This document shows, one piece after another, positions 61,907-64,000 of a stretch of DNA of 64,000 nt. A program made the position numbers and the translations under genes. The stretch is from NCBI GenBank assembly GCA_963674755.2, contig CAXXVS010000002.1:2496001-2560000 (forward strand). Reading direction: 5' to 3'. Source of the stretch: Desulfobacterales bacterium (GTDB taxonomy: Bacteria; Desulfobacterota; Desulfobacteria; Desulfobacterales; UBA5852). Each line of letters opens with the position of its first letter. Positions within the stretch are counted from its first letter, which is position 1. The notes below the pieces were generated by a model. It was not told the DNA's origin. It made no database searches and saw nothing but the letters and a program-made list of their open reading frames with translations.

Positions 61907-62335
61907 ATGTCAGCCCTTTTGAGGAGGTCCACAACGAAACGCATGAAAGTCGATGTAACGGTAATCGCAGAGTTTCCGGAAGGTATGTCCCATGAGGTCA
62001 TCGCCAAGCTGGCCAAAGCCACCCGACATCCCGCTGCTTCCCAAAAAACCACAGTAAGCTGTGACGGCCTCAAATGCCTTCCAGGCCGCCCACCCCGCCG
62101 CCGTGTGGCCTGGGAAACGGACGGCATCGATTTCAAACATGCCATCCCGGATGAGGTCTTTCATGCCCGCATTCAGGCCGCAGCCAAATATGGCATTAAA
62201 CTGCAACGCACGATCCGCAGGGGGGAGAACGACGAAACCGACAGCCCCGGAAGGGGCCAGAACGTCTTTTGGACTTGGGGCGAGGGTGATCTCATGGAAC
62301 TTGCTCCGCCGCCGCTGCCGAACACCGCCCCCTAA
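61907..62335 (+). CDS. Hypothetical protein (start possibly 61943)
   Basis: GAGGAGG upstream of ATG 61943; no recognised motif. Confidence 0.45.
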   Translation: MSALLRRSTTKRMKVDVTVIAEFPEGMSHEVIAKLAKATRHPAASQKTTVSCDGLKCLPGRPPRRRVAWETDGIDFKHAIPDEVFHARIQAAAKYGIKLQRTIRRGENDETDSPGRGQNVFWTWGEGDLMELAPPPLPNTAP

Positions 62336-62703
62336 GATTCTGAAACGCGCGACGTGATCGCCCCATGGCGTCGCCCCTCTCATTTTGATCGTGCCGGCAG
62401 CGGGTTGGCCACCGCCAAGGACATCGAGGGGGAAGACGACATCACCGAGCGCAAAGCCCTGCTAGGCACAATCGGCTGCGAGCGATCAGGGCAAGCGCCA
62501 CCCCTTATACCCCCACGCCGACCTCTATCGCCATACCGCGGGGAATGCTCCCCAACCTCTTTTCGGGCTCCCGCCGCAACCACCCCCAAACGCCCCGAAT
62601 CACGAAAATTACGGTTCCCAAATGCACTGTAACATGCTAAGATATATCTCATAAAAAATTTACGGCACTCTCTTCCGAAACCATTCTTAATTGAATTGAA
62701 ACG

Positions 62704-64000
62704 ATGCGCCCCATGTCCAATGCCGTGAAGAAGTCTTTCGGCTGGGGGTTACCGGTTATGCTGGCCATCGGCTGGCTGGTCGCTGCCCTGCCGGCGATGG
62801 CGGCCGAAGCGCCCCGGCGGTATATCAGCCTTGTCAGGGAATTGGACGCACCCACGGCCCGGGCCAAGGTGGAAGCCCTGCAGCCCTTCCTGGCATCCGA
62901 TATCTATTTACCGGAAATCGATATCCAGCATCCGGACGACGGCGCCCTGTTCCCGCCGAACATGGCCGCCCCCCATATTTTCTGGAACGATCCCTTCCTG
63001 CTTTCCGACACCTGGCTCGTTGTCATGGAGGCCCGCAACGGTGCACGAGTATGCTGCTTTACCGACCGGCCGCGCTGGGTGCCGGATCGGTCCACCTGGG
63101 CATGGCTCCGGCAGCAGGCCGGCCACGACCCGACGGGGTTAACCGTTATCGGCTTGGCCCGATCCACCGACCTGCACCCGGTAACCCGCACCCACATCAC
63201 ATTTACGATATCACCGGACCCCTTCGACGGCCTCATCTTCTTCAAACAGACGCGGCTTCCTTTTTTGCGGGCCCGGGAACATCCGGAACAGGCCCGCTGG
63301 GTGCTGGCCGACATCGCCGACGATGGGCCGCCGCAAATCGTCCTGGAAGGGGTCGGCACCTGCGCCCATTGCCACACGTTCTCGCCGGACGGCCATATGT
63401 TCGGAATCGATATTGATCGTAACGGCGACAAGGGGGGCTTTCTGCTGGCCCCAACCGCCCCCCGGATGCAGCTTGGTACTGCGCACTATCTCTCCTGGAA
63501 CAGTTACCGCCCGCAGGACGGCCGCTCCAGCATGGGGCTGTTCACCAAAATATCACCCTGCGGGCGCTACCTGATCAGCACGGTCAAGGAAACATCACTG
63601 TTTGCCATGTTGCCGGATCTCGCCTTTTCACAGCTTTTTTTCCCGCTGGAGGGCCGTCTGGCCGTTTATGATCAGGCGGCCGGCCGATTCTGGGTGCTGC
63701 CGGGCGGTGACCTAAACGATGCGGTGCAAACCTGCCCGGAGTGGAGTCCGGACGGGAAGACGATCATGTTTGCCAGGGCCCCTGTGAACGCTGCCCTGGC
63801 CAAGCAGATGCAGGCTAAAAAATTTCTGGAACCGGCCAGGGGGGAAACCATCGCCGATCTCAACCGGCGCTATCGCATCCGGTTCGACCTCTACACCTTG
63901 CCGTTCAACAACGGACGCGGGGGCACCCCCCGGCGGTTGGAGGGCGCCAGCAGCAACGGCCGCAGCAATTTCTTCCCGCGCTACTCTCCCGACGGGCAAT
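62704..64000 (+). CDS. Exported TolB-like (PD40 repeat) protein with CxxCH motif, truncated by window end
   Basis: Open frame to window end; signal peptide; TCAHCHTFSPDG, PEWSPDG, FPRYSPDG. Confidence 0.8.
   Translation, partial: MRPMSNAVKKSFGWGLPVMLAIGWLVAALPAMAAEAPRRYISLVRELDAPTARAKVEALQPFLASDIYLPEIDIQHPDDGALFPPNMAAPHIFWNDPFLLSDTWLVVMEARNGARVCCFTDRPRWVPDRSTWAWLRQQAGHDPTGLTVIGLARSTDLHPVTRTHITFTISPDPFDGLIFFKQTRLPFLRAREHPEQARWVLADIADDGPPQIVLEGVGTCAHCHTFSPDGHMFGIDIDRNGDKGGFLLAPTAPRMQLGTAHYLSWNSYRPQDGRSSMGLFTKISPCGRYLISTVKETSLFAMLPDLAFSQLFFPLEGRLAVYDQAAGRFWVLPGGDLNDAVQTCPEWSPDGKTIMFARAPVNAALAKQMQAKKFLEPARGETIADLNRRYRIRFDLYTLPFNNGRGGTPRRLEGASSNGRSNFFPRYSPDGQ

Noticed and set aside
8000..62000. 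Numerous long antisense/alternate-frame ORFs (e.g. 16481-18295, 19894-21699, 14760-16187)
   Set aside because: Shadow ORFs typical of high-GC coding DNA, opposite well-supported genes.

Overview
A mostly GC-rich (by eye, about 60%) bacterial chromosomal segment. Gene content and repeat types suggest a sulfate-reducing Desulfobacterales/Desulfosarcina-like organism (inference). (1) 1-7.9 kb is an AT-rich decay zone with an ECF-sigma/surface-antigen chimera, an amidase, a nonsense-interrupted membrane PP2C phosphatase, an OYE gene split by a 563-bp IS200, and a group II intron 3' remnant. (2) 7.9-18.3 kb is a sigma54/ZraSR-like metal-stress cluster with CopA, three ZraP/Spy-like paralogs, a CuA cupredoxin, RseC, YHS and SHOCT proteins. 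(3) A cobalamin riboswitch plus terminator precedes a single 98-aa four-repeat protein of unknown function. (4) Signalling genes follow: hemerythrin, SpoIIE, a hybrid kinase, a PAS pseudogene and PilZ. (5) An acyl-CoA ligase/amidase pair lies next to asd, which carries an unannotated Thr/Lys(/Ile/Met)-rich leader-peptide attenuator. (6) The middle section holds oxidoreductases, MocR/AzlCD, MacAB-TolC-like efflux, a FliA-type binding-protein + MCP operon, a MITE, patatin, a QueG-like protein and Lig E. (7) A sigma54-type operon encodes a 1470-aa multi-Ig protein, an FlgD-Ig/beta-barrel protein and a TPR lipoprotein, and a TolB-like CxxCH gene runs off the window end. The top leads are the asd attenuator, the B12-riboswitch-controlled repeat protein and the Ig/barrel/TPR surface module. 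All family assignments come from motif recognition by eye, not from database searches.
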